From IMG/VR virus record IMGVR_UViG_3300006128_000010: a stretch of 57,945 nucleotides of DNA. One strand, written 5' to 3'. Made by a program: the position numbers and the translations under genes. The notes below the pieces were generated by a model. The model saw only the letters and a program-made list of their open reading frames with translations. It was not told where the DNA came from and did not search any database. This document shows, in pieces, positions 10,144 to 19,009 of this stretch. Numbering within the stretch: position 1 is the stretch's first letter; every line of letters starts with the position of its first letter. The stretch is from an uncultured virus (IMG/VR IMGVR_UViG_3300006128_000010) (Duplodnaviria; Heunggongvirae; Uroviricota; Caudoviricetes).

Positions 10144-10724
10144 CTGCATCTAACATATTGATCAGCGGCGCTGCTGCGGGTGCTGACTCTGAATTTGGTA
10201 AAGCAGCGGCCAAAGCCAAACATCAAATTGTTCATTGGTCTTTTAAAGGTCATACAACAAAATTGAAGTCTAATCTATATGCTCTAACATCAGAACATTT
10301 GACCACAGCAGATCCATACCTCATCAGAGCCAATAAAAGCCTCATCAGAACATTTCCTGCTGACGACGAATACTCTACTAACTTGATTCGAAGAGATTAC
10401 TATCAAATAAAATGGAGTCAACGTGTATATGCTGTTTCAAGTTTTACTAATGATGCAAGCATGATGCGAGTTAAAGGCGGGACTGCCTGGGCGGTTCAGT
10501 CATATGCAGATCGTTTCCTATACGATCAAGAACCGTTTGATCAGTGCGAGTTGTACATGTTTGATCAAATAACCAGCAAATGGTATCAATGGAATAGAGT
10601 ATGGAAGATGATAGATAAGCCTCCTCGTCCATATGGTGTATATGCTGGTATTGGCAGTAGAGAACTAGCTGATAATGGTAAGGCAGCTATCAAATCGTTA
10701 TATGCTAAGGATACAAAGGCATAG
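10122..10724 (+). CDS. Hypothetical protein, possibly SLOG/YspA-like nucleotide-binding fold
   Basis: N-terminal LISGAAAGADSEF, then GGTAWAV and YAGIGSR. Confidence 0.55.
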   Translation: MFGEINITASNILISGAAAGADSEFGKAAAKAKHQIVHWSFKGHTTKLKSNLYALTSEHLTTADPYLIRANKSLIRTFPADDEYSTNLIRRDYYQIKWSQRVYAVSSFTNDASMMRVKGGTAWAVQSYADRFLYDQEPFDQCELYMFDQITSKWYQWNRVWKMIDKPPRPYGVYAGIGSRELADNGKAAIKSLYAKDTKA

Positions 10725-11169
10725 CAGCAACAATACTACGCATAATTGGATCATTTCGGTCCATTAGAATCCACCCGCATGTAACTTCCGGACGTACAAA
10801 CAGTTCTCGATTACCTGCAGGTCCAACTCTAGTCACAGTTGTATCTTTTTCTACAAATGGTGCTAGTTCAGGTTCTACAAAGAATGGATAGCTGGGATCT
10901 AGCACCGTGTTACAGATTGCTTTGCACATTGTAGCAACACTAATTGCTGTTTCAATCTGCGTCAGAGATGCACTCAGTACCAGTGTGGTATTAAAACTGT
11001 CAGCACCCTGCTCAACTCCAAGCTCGAAGTAGTCTTTAACCAGCTTTTCGTTACCATACTTGACTATCATCTGAACACCAGCATGATGCACCTGAGCCAT
11101 AGCTTTACCGGGATTCATACTGGGCAGATCATTCCGCACCAGCACGTAAACTGCTAGATCTCTATCCAC
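10705..11169 (-). CDS. pth2: Peptidyl-tRNA hydrolase type 2-like protein
   Basis: YVLVRNDLPSMNPGKAMAQVHHA is the Pth2 N-terminal signature. Start moved to GTG 11169 after a GGAG SD. Confidence 0.75.
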   Translation of the reverse strand: MDRDLAVYVLVRNDLPSMNPGKAMAQVHHAGVQMIVKYGNEKLVKDYFELGVEQGADSFNTTLVLSASLTQIETAISVATMCKAICNTVLDPSYPFFVEPELAPFVEKDTTVTRVGPAGNRELFVRPEVTCGWILMDRNDPIMRSIVAAMPLYP

Positions 11170-11192
11170 TTTTACTCCAATCATTGTGATTA

Positions 11193-11220
11193 AGAGTAAC
11201 ATCATGTGAATAATAGTCAA
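11193..11220 (-). promoter_or_regulatory. sigma70-type promoter for the Pth2 gene
   Basis: TTGACT-N16-TACTCT. Confidence 0.5.
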
Positions 11221-12719
11221 TTGATATTTAGAATCCATTTCGATTGACCGGCATCCCACATTCTATCATATCCTTGTTTTTGCATTATTTCCCATTCGGA
11301 ATGATTCTTGACATATTCCTCCGAAAGATTGAATTTTTTTGATAACAAATGTTTTTGAAACCTTAATCTATTCTCTTTAACAAGATAATTTTTGGTATAA
11401 CAATACCCAGGTTTAGTAATAGAATCTAATACAAATCCGCAAGATTTATATAATTGACCGTTACTGTGTCGATTGTCACTGAAGCTGATTATTTTACCTT
11501 TATAATTATGGTCGGATATAAATCTTTTCAACAGTTTAGAAAACAATCCGGGGAAACTGAAATTGGTGTTTGTAGCATATCTCACTATTTCAACATGTTG
11601 TTTATTTTGCTTAATACTCAAAATTCCAACTAATTCTGTGTTATATCTTGCACCATAAACAATTGTTCTATTGTAATTGAATCCCTGCAAGTGAAATTTA
11701 TCAAGAAAGTTTCTTTCCTCATCTGTTGTAATTTTTTGATCAACTGTTAATTTTCTAGCTCCTATAATATGGACAGAATTTTCACATAGTCTTTTTATTT
11801 TTGATTCGATAATACACCATTTTTGTAAAATATCATCGTCAAAATACTGTAAAAGTGTTATACCTTTTTCTTGACATAATTCCCATTTAATTTTATGATA
11901 ATTTCTATCCTTATTGTGAGATTTTTGGCAATGAAAATACATACTGCCTACTTCAATTGCCAAACAAAATTTCGGAATATAAAAATCAAGTTGATACGGA
12001 CTGATAATGGACTTACTGTTGCACACAAAAGTAACACCCAAAGTTTTTAATAAATCACTTATTCGTTCTTCATAATAACTTCTAGTAGATTTTTCATAAA
12101 AATCATTTAATTCAAATTTTTGCGAAACTTTAATTGCACCGGAATAGGTTAAACCCAATTGGTCTGCTACCTGAGAAGCTGTTTTCCCTTTTGCAAAATT
12201 AATAAATTTTTCTTTGTCTGTTATGATTTCTTGTGTATTTTGACTTAAATGAATTTGACTATGGTTGTCAACACCGTATTTTTTTCTATTGGTATCTAAT
12301 TTTTTTAATTGAATTTCTACTGATTTACTGGGATTGTCTACTCCATATTTTTTTATAAAAGTACTTTTAGATTTTTTTATAAATTCCTCACTTTGCGCAT
12401 AATTCTCACAACCATATTTATTTAAATTTGTAGCGATTCTTTGAGATTGCGTATATATTGCTGCACATTTTATAGAACAATAAGATGAATAACGCAGTCT
12501 AGTTTTGTCCCATTTTACACGGTTTCCACATTTGCATGTGGGTATTTCATACAAATTATTAATTATGTGATAAATGAGCTGTCTCGGGCTGTTTGCACCA
12601 ATATTAGATTTAATTTCCTCTATTTCATTGGCAAACTGGCTTTTAAGAAGATTTGTCCAATGTAATCTTTCCTTTTTTGACAGTTCTACACAAAAATCTA
12701 CTAATTTATGACTTAACAT
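11217..12719 (-). mobile_element. Free-standing homing endonuclease (Zn-ribbon, KYGVDN repeats, Hef/Vsr-like nuclease, GNAT/Mom-like domain)
   Basis: CKCG...YCSIKC; repeats KYGCENY, KYGVDNP, KYGVDNH; QLDFYIP...IEVGSMYFH, QYFDDD, RMWDAG. Confidence 0.8.
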
Positions 12720-12734
12720 GTCTATATTATAAAA

Positions 12735-13490
12735 TCAACCAATAATAATTCCAAGTGGCATCGCCGAATCAATATAAAGGTCTATTTCTTTCTCTAATCG
12801 ATCCATAATCTCTTTAGCTTCGTTCTTAAGAGCGTCACCCTTGAGGGTTGTTCCACCTTGTGGACCGATTACGGTATTAAATTTACTATAGGCCTCACCA
12901 AGCTGCATTTTACACCATGCTAATGTGTAATCTCTTATCCAAGGACGAGAAAATGGATCTGATAGTATATGATCATCTGATTTATACTTGTACACCCATA
13001 ATAGTATAGCTTCGTCGCCGGTTGGCTTGCGTATGATACTGAGTTTATGTGTTACTGGATCAAACGTATAATTAATATCACGACCAAACATACGACCAGC
13101 TTGCTTAAGGTATTGATAAAACAACTCAAAAGTCAGCAATCCTGCGGTATATCCGCCACCTGCACCTGCTTGTAATAGATACAAGTTAGTGTATGCTAAT
13201 GAGAATGGATCTAACTGTGTACCACCTGTGGTCTCACCAAGACCTCTACGGAATATCTGTCTAACACTAACAACTTCGTCTGGCAGAGTATAATCAGTTT
13301 GCTCATATATTAGATTAAGAAACATATAAGCTTCTTCACTACTAGCACCACTACGCTGTCTGTATCTATCAAATGATAAGTTCAGAGCATTTTGATAATG
13401 TTCTGGATCTAGTTCGATATCAACCATACCGCCGCCCATCATCAGGCGGACTTCATCTATTATTTTCTGTCGTAACGGTGTCATTGGCAA
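12735..13490 (-). CDS. Neck protein (T4 gp13-like)
   Basis: MGGGMVDIELDPEH, YTLPDEVVSV, WIRDYTLAWCKMQLGEAYSKF, PQGGTTLKG. Confidence 0.9.
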   Translation of the reverse strand: MPMTPLRQKIIDEVRLMMGGGMVDIELDPEHYQNALNLSFDRYRQRSGASSEEAYMFLNLIYEQTDYTLPDEVVSVRQIFRRGLGETTGGTQLDPFSLAYTNLYLLQAGAGGGYTAGLLTFELFYQYLKQAGRMFGRDINYTFDPVTHKLSIIRKPTGDEAILLWVYKYKSDDHILSDPFSRPWIRDYTLAWCKMQLGEAYSKFNTVIGPQGGTTLKGDALKNEAKEIMDRLEKEIDLYIDSAMPLGIIIG

Positions 13491-13517
13491 ATACCTTTTT
13501 TAGTATTTACCAATGAC
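13480..13517 (-). promoter_or_regulatory. Start-codon-sequestering RNA hairpin with a late promoter in its 5' arm
   Basis: 15-bp stem GUCAUUGGUAAAUAC/GUAUUUGCCAAUGAC with one U-G pair; GTAAATA box at 13510-13504. Confidence 0.7.
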
Positions 13518-13526
13518 TTGATGGGT

Positions 13527-14588
13527 TTACTTGAACACTTTGATAATCAGTGTTTCTTTATTCAACTTACCGTTTAAGTCGTGTCGCTTACCGGCTATAT
13601 AATCGCCGAGTACTTGTGTAAGTCTCTTAACATTGACAACACCGGCAAGTATCTTAGTAAACTGCTCTTTTGGTTTACGTAGTGTTTTACCAAAACTTGC
13701 TTGCTCATCATATCCAGTGATGTAGGTGCCTTTAACACTTAACGTCTCACCATCTTTGGCTACATACAGCATGGCTTTGCGATTTTTGGTATTATACACA
13801 AGGGCTGCATTATTACCAACCAGCAATACTGGACTTAATCCAACAATATTAGTATCTGCATCTACAATCTTAACAGACGCTTTGCTAGCAGCTTTTGCAG
13901 CTCGATTACCAACTTTCTTCTTTACAGCAGCAATGGCTTTGGCATTACCAGTACAAGCAGCTAGTACATTAACAACTGTAGCTAATGGTTCAATAGTAGC
14001 CAATACTAACTCATTTTCGCGCTCGTTTAGTGCATCATCCAGGTTCTCTTTGTAGTGTGCAAACAATTTGCGCAACTGAGCCATTGGTGGTGCAAAGTCT
14101 TTGATGCGGGTGTGTACTAACTCTTCAATTTGATCTAACTCGTCGACATGTTTAACAACAACAGCATCAATATAGCTGTACAAGTTTACATACTGTATGA
14201 TCTTGCGAGCATCATTTGTTAGCGGTATGTTTCCGTCATCTTCTTTGGCTTCGACCGCTTCTGGTGCTAGAGTTTTTAGCTGTTCGATTTGCTTGTATAG
14301 AAAAGCAGCACTGTTTTCTGGAATCTCAGCACCGTTATTCATTAACCATGCCATACGCCCAATGGTTAAAAATCGATGTTCTGGAAGAGCTGCAAAGTGT
14401 TCAACACCTTCAAGTTCATTAACTTCTGCCCAAACTAGAAACTCACGTTTTAGTGTAGCATTATCAATATCAAGTCTAGCAGTATCCATGCCCCACTGCC
14501 AATTGCGAATATGACGTTCGTTGGATGCTGAAATTTCGGAGAAATCAACTCCGTAATCTTTAGTAGATTTAGCCAATACAGTAGCCAT
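13527..14588 (-). CDS. Conserved hypothetical protein of large T4-like phages
   Basis: C-terminal LSVKGTYITGYD..SFGKTLRKP and NGKLNKETLIIKVF. AAGGAG SD. Confidence 0.75.
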   Translation of the reverse strand: MATVLAKSTKDYGVDFSEISASNERHIRNWQWGMDTARLDIDNATLKREFLVWAEVNELEGVEHFAALPEHRFLTIGRMAWLMNNGAEIPENSAAFLYKQIEQLKTLAPEAVEAKEDDGNIPLTNDARKIIQYVNLYSYIDAVVVKHVDELDQIEELVHTRIKDFAPPMAQLRKLFAHYKENLDDALNERENELVLATIEPLATVVNVLAACTGNAKAIAAVKKKVGNRAAKAASKASVKIVDADTNIVGLSPVLLVGNNAALVYNTKNRKAMLYVAKDGETLSVKGTYITGYDEQASFGKTLRKPKEQFTKILAGVVNVKRLTQVLGDYIAGKRHDLNGKLNKETLIIKVFK

Positions 14589-14611
14589 GAACAGTCTCCT
14601 TTATACATATG

Positions 14612-14652
14612 AGTATAGCGGAAACGGCAGTTTTGTCAACCGTTTCCGCTAT
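14612..14652 (-). promoter_or_regulatory. sigma70 promoter overlapped by a 13-bp inverted repeat
   Basis: TTGACA(14639-14634)-N16-TATACT(14617-14612); repeat arms ATAGCGGAAACGG/CCGTTTCCGCTAT. Confidence 0.75.
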
Positions 14653-14664
14653 GTTTACATATGT

Positions 14665-14973
14665 TTACTTGTGGTGTTTTGTAATGTAGCCGTACATGTT
14701 TTCAATGTCATACCATCCAACCATTTGTGTACCGTTTAGGTATACTAATACAGGGTATGCTTGGGTGTTTACGCTATCATAGCTAACAAGCTCTTCAAAA
14801 TTTTCTTTCGGAACGTCGTTTACATTTGGACGATTACCGTTTACAAACAAGCTACGTGCATTGTTATCGGCAATAGCGTTAGCATAAAAGTCAATTCTAG
14901 TAGCTTTGCTCAGTGATTGTAAACGTCGTTGATTGTATACAACTGTATTAACATCATGTATGTCATTGATCAT
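14665..14973 (-). CDS. Hypothetical protein
   Basis: About 100-aa ORF. ATG 14973 follows GGAG, with its own promoter upstream. Confidence 0.65.
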   Translation of the reverse strand: MINDIHDVNTVVYNQRRLQSLSKATRIDFYANAIADNNARSLFVNGNRPNVNDVPKENFEELVSYDSVNTQAYPVLVYLNGTQMVGWYDIENMYGYITKHHK

Positions 14974-15005
14974 GCAATTCTCCATGTCAAACAGCTAACA
15001 TATGC

Positions 15006-15033
15006 ATAGTAGCATACCTATACTCGTTGTCAA
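15006..15033 (-). promoter_or_regulatory. sigma70-type promoter
   Basis: TTGACA-N16-TACTAT, with TGC immediately before the -10. Confidence 0.65.
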
Positions 15034-15046
15034 CCAAAATTTTATC

Positions 15047-15054
15047 TATAAATA
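15047..15054 (+). promoter_or_regulatory. T4-type late promoter TATAAATA
   Basis: Exact consensus upstream of the gp14-like gene. Confidence 0.75.
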
Positions 15055-15078
15055 ATACAAATTATGGAGTAACTTAGT

Positions 15079-16185
15079 ATGCCACCGTTAACACTTTGGA
15101 AGGGTCCCAATGTTAAGACTAACGATTACAAACTCATCGATAGAATTGTTGGAGAGCAGTATCGTGTAGGTGGTACTGAGTTTTGGATTCACATGTACTT
15201 GGGTCCTGCAAATGCTGGTAATGTTATAGCAGGCGGCGTAAATGTAGGTGTAGACGGTACTACTGATCTTACTATTCAGGATCCGCTTAATATGGAAATC
15301 AGGGATCGTAAATATGACCTCGATGTTTATAGCCTTAAAGGTCATTATCAAGTAAGTGACACTGAATTTGATCTAAGACAATTTGGTTTATTTTTATCTA
15401 ACGATACTATCTTTATCACATTTCATTTGAATCAAATGGTAGAAGCATTAGGTAGACGTATCAACAGCGGCGATGTTATAGAATTGCTACACCAACGCGA
15501 TGATCAAGTCACCGGATTACCTTATGCTATCAGTAAATTTTATGTAGTAGATGAGGGTACTCGTCCAGCAGAAGGATATAGTCCAACTTGGTGGCCCCAT
15601 ATGTGGCGTGTCAAATGTTCACCTCTTACAGATGCACAAGAGTTTAAAGATATCCTCAGCAAGCCTGCTACTGACGCCAGTGGCGATCCTATACCAAATC
15701 CAGACGGAAGTGGCACTAATCTATCATTGACTGATATACTAAGCACTTATAATGCTGAAATTGCACTCAATGATGCTATATTAACAGAAGCAGAAGCAGA
15801 AGTTCCGTTTAGAAACTTACAGGGCGCACACTATTATGTACTACAAGGGGACTTAGATAAACCTGTAACCATTTGGGCAGGTGATGGTATTCCTCCAAAT
15901 CAAAGCAAGCCAGTTGCAAATGGTATTACTTTTCCTATCAATCCAGAAATAGGGGATTGGTTCTTAAGAACAGACTACAGTCCAAATCTATTGTTTAAAA
16001 GAGAAGCAAACAAGTGGGTGAGAACTGAAATCAATTATAGAGCAAGTTGGTCACCTGCTAATCGTGTGCTTGAAACATTTATCAACAATACCAATATTAC
16101 AACACTTGATGATAAAACAACCATCGGTGAGCAACAAAATCTACGTAAAGCAATAAAACCAAAAATTGATCCAGATATTATCTAA
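15079..16185 (+). CDS. Neck/head-closure protein (T4 gp14-like)
   Basis: IQDPLNMEIRDRKYD, FDLRQFGLFLSNDTIFITFH, GRRINSGDVIEL, WWPHMWRVKC. Confidence 0.8.
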   Translation: MPPLTLWKGPNVKTNDYKLIDRIVGEQYRVGGTEFWIHMYLGPANAGNVIAGGVNVGVDGTTDLTIQDPLNMEIRDRKYDLDVYSLKGHYQVSDTEFDLRQFGLFLSNDTIFITFHLNQMVEALGRRINSGDVIELLHQRDDQVTGLPYAISKFYVVDEGTRPAEGYSPTWWPHMWRVKCSPLTDAQEFKDILSKPATDASGDPIPNPDGSGTNLSLTDILSTYNAEIALNDAILTEAEAEVPFRNLQGAHYYVLQGDLDKPVTIWAGDGIPPNQSKPVANGITFPINPEIGDWFLRTDYSPNLLFKREANKWVRTEINYRASWSPANRVLETFINNTNITTLDDKTTIGEQQNLRKAIKPKIDPDII

Positions 16186-16513
16186 ATCTAGTAAACAACA
16201 CTTGATCTTTTGCTAGAAAATTTAACATTGGGTCGTCCTCATACCGTATAAGAGCATAGTCTATTTCTAGTAAAATCGTTTCTAAATCCAAATTAAACCA
16301 TTCACCGTGTGTCTTATAGCGATCAATATTACGATGTATTATAGTTTCTAGCATTTTTGTTTTAACAGCCTCAGTTGGCTTCATAACGTGTATTTTAAGT
16401 TTATGGGGGAAGCCTGTTTGTAAACTTTTTAGACGCGACTTTGGGTTTTTACTGATGCCAACTTTAAACGGTGGTTCATCTGTTCCGATAACATAAATGT
16501 AACTTGTGCTCAT
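16178..16513 (-). CDS. Small GIY-YIG nuclease (T5orf172-like)
   Basis: YIYVIG...FKVGISKNPKSRLKSLQTG...LE..IH...HGEWF. Confidence 0.85.
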   Translation of the reverse strand: MSTSYIYVIGTDEPPFKVGISKNPKSRLKSLQTGFPHKLKIHVMKPTEAVKTKMLETIIHRNIDRYKTHGEWFNLDLETILLEIDYALIRYEDDPMLNFLAKDQVLFTRFR

Positions 16514-16517
16514 GATG

Positions 16518-16538
16518 ATATTTATAGGCTATAAATAT
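16518..16538. promoter_or_regulatory. Palindromic back-to-back late promoters
   Basis: ATATTTATAG-G-CTATAAATAT gives TATAAATA on both strands. Confidence 0.75.
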
Positions 16539-16557
16539 TGAAACAAGAGCAAACATC

Positions 16558-18204
16558 ATGAATTATTTTTATGCTAGTCAATTAAGACAATACAGATTAC
16601 AATTTATTAGAGCTTTCAGTAACTTTTATGTTAATGTAGGAACTGGTGCAAGTCCAACATTACAGCGTGTACCATGCAGATATGGTGATCCGTCCCGTAT
16701 AGCACAGTCTGTAGTACAAGGTAATAGTCAGAATACTTTACTAACCACTCCATTTATATCTTGTATAGTGAATGGAATTTCTATGTCATCTGACCGTCGA
16801 CAAGACCCGACATTAGTTGAAAAAGTTCAAGTAAATGAACGACTATATGATAGTGAAAATCAAGCATATACATCAGATATTGGTAATCGTTATACCGTAG
16901 AACGTTATATGCCTATCCCATATACTCTCACAATGCAAGTAGACATTTGGACTAGTAACACTGACCAGAAAGAACAGTTGATAGAACAAATCTTTATGTT
17001 ATATAATCCATCCATTGACTTTCAAACCAGTACAAATCCGTTAGATTGGACGTTCTTATCATATATAGAAATGCAAGATAGTATTACATGGACTAGTAGA
17101 AGCATTCCTGTAGGAACTGATAATCCGATAGATGTATTAACATTGATGTTCAAAGTTCCAATTTGGATTAATCCTCCTGCTAAAGTTAAAAGACAAAATA
17201 TAATAGATGAAATCGTAGCCAATATTATAGAAGGAACTAAAGATGAAAATGACTGGGAATGGAACGAGTATGAGTTCCTTTCTAGAAGCATAACAACTTT
17301 TGGTGATTTTAGTGTTAGTTTAGATTACACCGGAAATTCTACATATGATATCAGATTATTAAGCAGAAGTGGAGATCAGCGAGATCTTGATAGTTTACCA
17401 ACTGTAACTAGTACTACAGTTAATCCAACACTTGTTCCTGGTACTACATTCTTATATAACAATATCAACATAAATGTTACAACTAGCAATTTATCAACGT
17501 TTGTCGATAATATGCATACATTACTAGCAAACACTTCTTATAGTATTCAATTGTATAATAGCAATTCTCTCAGATTTGTTAATAATTCCGGAGGAGATAA
17601 CATATTTGTAGATGGGGCCGGAACGCCACTAGCAGGACTTGGTCTAGAATCTACTACATATCCGGGCGGTAATTTAGCATGGTGGAGATTATTTGAGCCG
17701 TACGGTAAGTTTAATGATTACTCGGTATATGGTACTAATGCGAGCCAACTGAGAATAATAAAATCATCCGATATCGAAGATAATTCAAAAGATCTTGTTG
17801 GGTGGCTTAGTCAACATCCAATAGATCAAAATAGGGTCGTTTGGAAAATAGATACACAAAGTTTACCTTCCATGACTTTATCACCTATTAATGCTATCAT
17901 TGACCCACAAGCTAAGGGACCAAATCAAGGATTACCTGCATCAGCATTAGGACAGAGATACTTGTTATTAAATAAACCTAGTGAATCAAGCTCAATCTGG
18001 GGTAACGTATCTGCAGAAATAAACGACGTAATCGAATTCACAGGTTCCGGCTGGATAGTTGTATTTTCTGCTAATAACAGCATCAATACCACACAATTTG
18101 TTACAAACTTGTTTAGTGGTAAAATTTATACTTGGGCAAACGGTGAATGGAGCTTATACGTAGAACAAATGTATACACCCGGAACTTGGCGAGTGAGTTT
18201 ATAA
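16558..18204 (+). CDS. Tail terminator/sheath stabiliser (T4 gp15-like) with a C-terminal extension
   Basis: YFYASQLRQYRLQFIRAFSN, VPCRYGD, MPIPYTLTMQVDIWT, QLIEQIFMLYNPS, F..PIWINPP. Confidence 0.85.
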   Translation: MNYFYASQLRQYRLQFIRAFSNFYVNVGTGASPTLQRVPCRYGDPSRIAQSVVQGNSQNTLLTTPFISCIVNGISMSSDRRQDPTLVEKVQVNERLYDSENQAYTSDIGNRYTVERYMPIPYTLTMQVDIWTSNTDQKEQLIEQIFMLYNPSIDFQTSTNPLDWTFLSYIEMQDSITWTSRSIPVGTDNPIDVLTLMFKVPIWINPPAKVKRQNIIDEIVANIIEGTKDENDWEWNEYEFLSRSITTFGDFSVSLDYTGNSTYDIRLLSRSGDQRDLDSLPTVTSTTVNPTLVPGTTFLYNNININVTTSNLSTFVDNMHTLLANTSYSIQLYNSNSLRFVNNSGGDNIFVDGAGTPLAGLGLESTTYPGGNLAWWRLFEPYGKFNDYSVYGTNASQLRIIKSSDIEDNSKDLVGWLSQHPIDQNRVVWKIDTQSLPSMTLSPINAIIDPQAKGPNQGLPASALGQRYLLLNKPSESSSIWGNVSAEINDVIEFTGSGWIVVFSANNSINTTQFVTNLFSGKIYTWANGEWSLYVEQMYTPGTWRVSL

Positions 18205-18207
18205 ATA
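18200..18207 (+). promoter_or_regulatory. T4-type late promoter TATAAATA (leaderless)
   Basis: 4 nt upstream of ATG 18212. Confidence 0.65.
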
Positions 18208-18211
18208 TCTC

Positions 18212-18967
18212 ATGAACATATTCGAAGACGAAATCATACAGACAATTGATATCAAAGAATTTGAACGAGTTTTTTCACCTGGGATACAATCAGTTGTGAA
18301 TGCTATACGAAAGTATGGTTTCGATCTACGTGTAGTCGGCGGTGCTGTCAGAGACTTTATATTAGGCAAAGTACCGCGCGACGTGGATTTTGTTACCGAT
18401 GCAGATCCTGCAGAATTAATACTGATTTTTGATTTGGAAGGTATTGAATATGATGCAGGTGGTATTGAACACGGTACAGTAAAGGCTGTGTTTGGTAAAG
18501 AAAAAGTAGACGTTAGCAGTATAGCATACAAGATAGACGTAGATGATGCAGGGAGGATGGCTATTACTCGCGGGAATGATTGGGAAGAAGATGCACTCGG
18601 TAGAGATCTTACCATCAATACCATGAGCCTAGACATGGATGGCAAGATACACGATTATGCCGACGGTATAAAGGATATCAAAGACGGTGTGATTAGATTT
18701 ACTCGTGCATCATACAGTAGAATTGACAAGCACCCGGACTTGATCATGCGTTGGTTCAAGGCATTAGCATACTTTGATAATCCAAAATGGCCACAAGAAG
18801 ATTTTGAACTGATAAAAAACAAACTACCACTACTGGCCAAAGTTAGAGATGATTCTAAAACTGCTAAAACCCTAGGCGATATTGTAGCCAGTCCGGGTGG
18901 TAGAAAAGTTATAGAATTAATGTGCATGATGGGTGCTAATAAATTTATCGATTTAAATTGCTCATAA
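18212..18967 (+). CDS. Class II tRNA nucleotidyltransferase/poly(A) polymerase family protein, short form
   Basis: VVGGAVRD..G..PRDVDF (DxD), HGTV, EDALGRDLTINTM, G..DIKDGVIRF. Confidence 0.85.
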   Translation: MNIFEDEIIQTIDIKEFERVFSPGIQSVVNAIRKYGFDLRVVGGAVRDFILGKVPRDVDFVTDADPAELILIFDLEGIEYDAGGIEHGTVKAVFGKEKVDVSSIAYKIDVDDAGRMAITRGNDWEEDALGRDLTINTMSLDMDGKIHDYADGIKDIKDGVIRFTRASYSRIDKHPDLIMRWFKALAYFDNPKWPQEDFELIKNKLPLLAKVRDDSKTAKTLGDIVASPGGRKVIELMCMMGANKFIDLNCS

Positions 18968-19009
18968 TATACCAACCAAAGTAAACTAGACTTTTATATA
19001 AGGTTTACT

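Noticed and set aside
18199..18975. Minus-strand ORFs of 148 and 106 aa
   Set aside because: Antisense to the well-supported nucleotidyltransferase gene, with no motifs.
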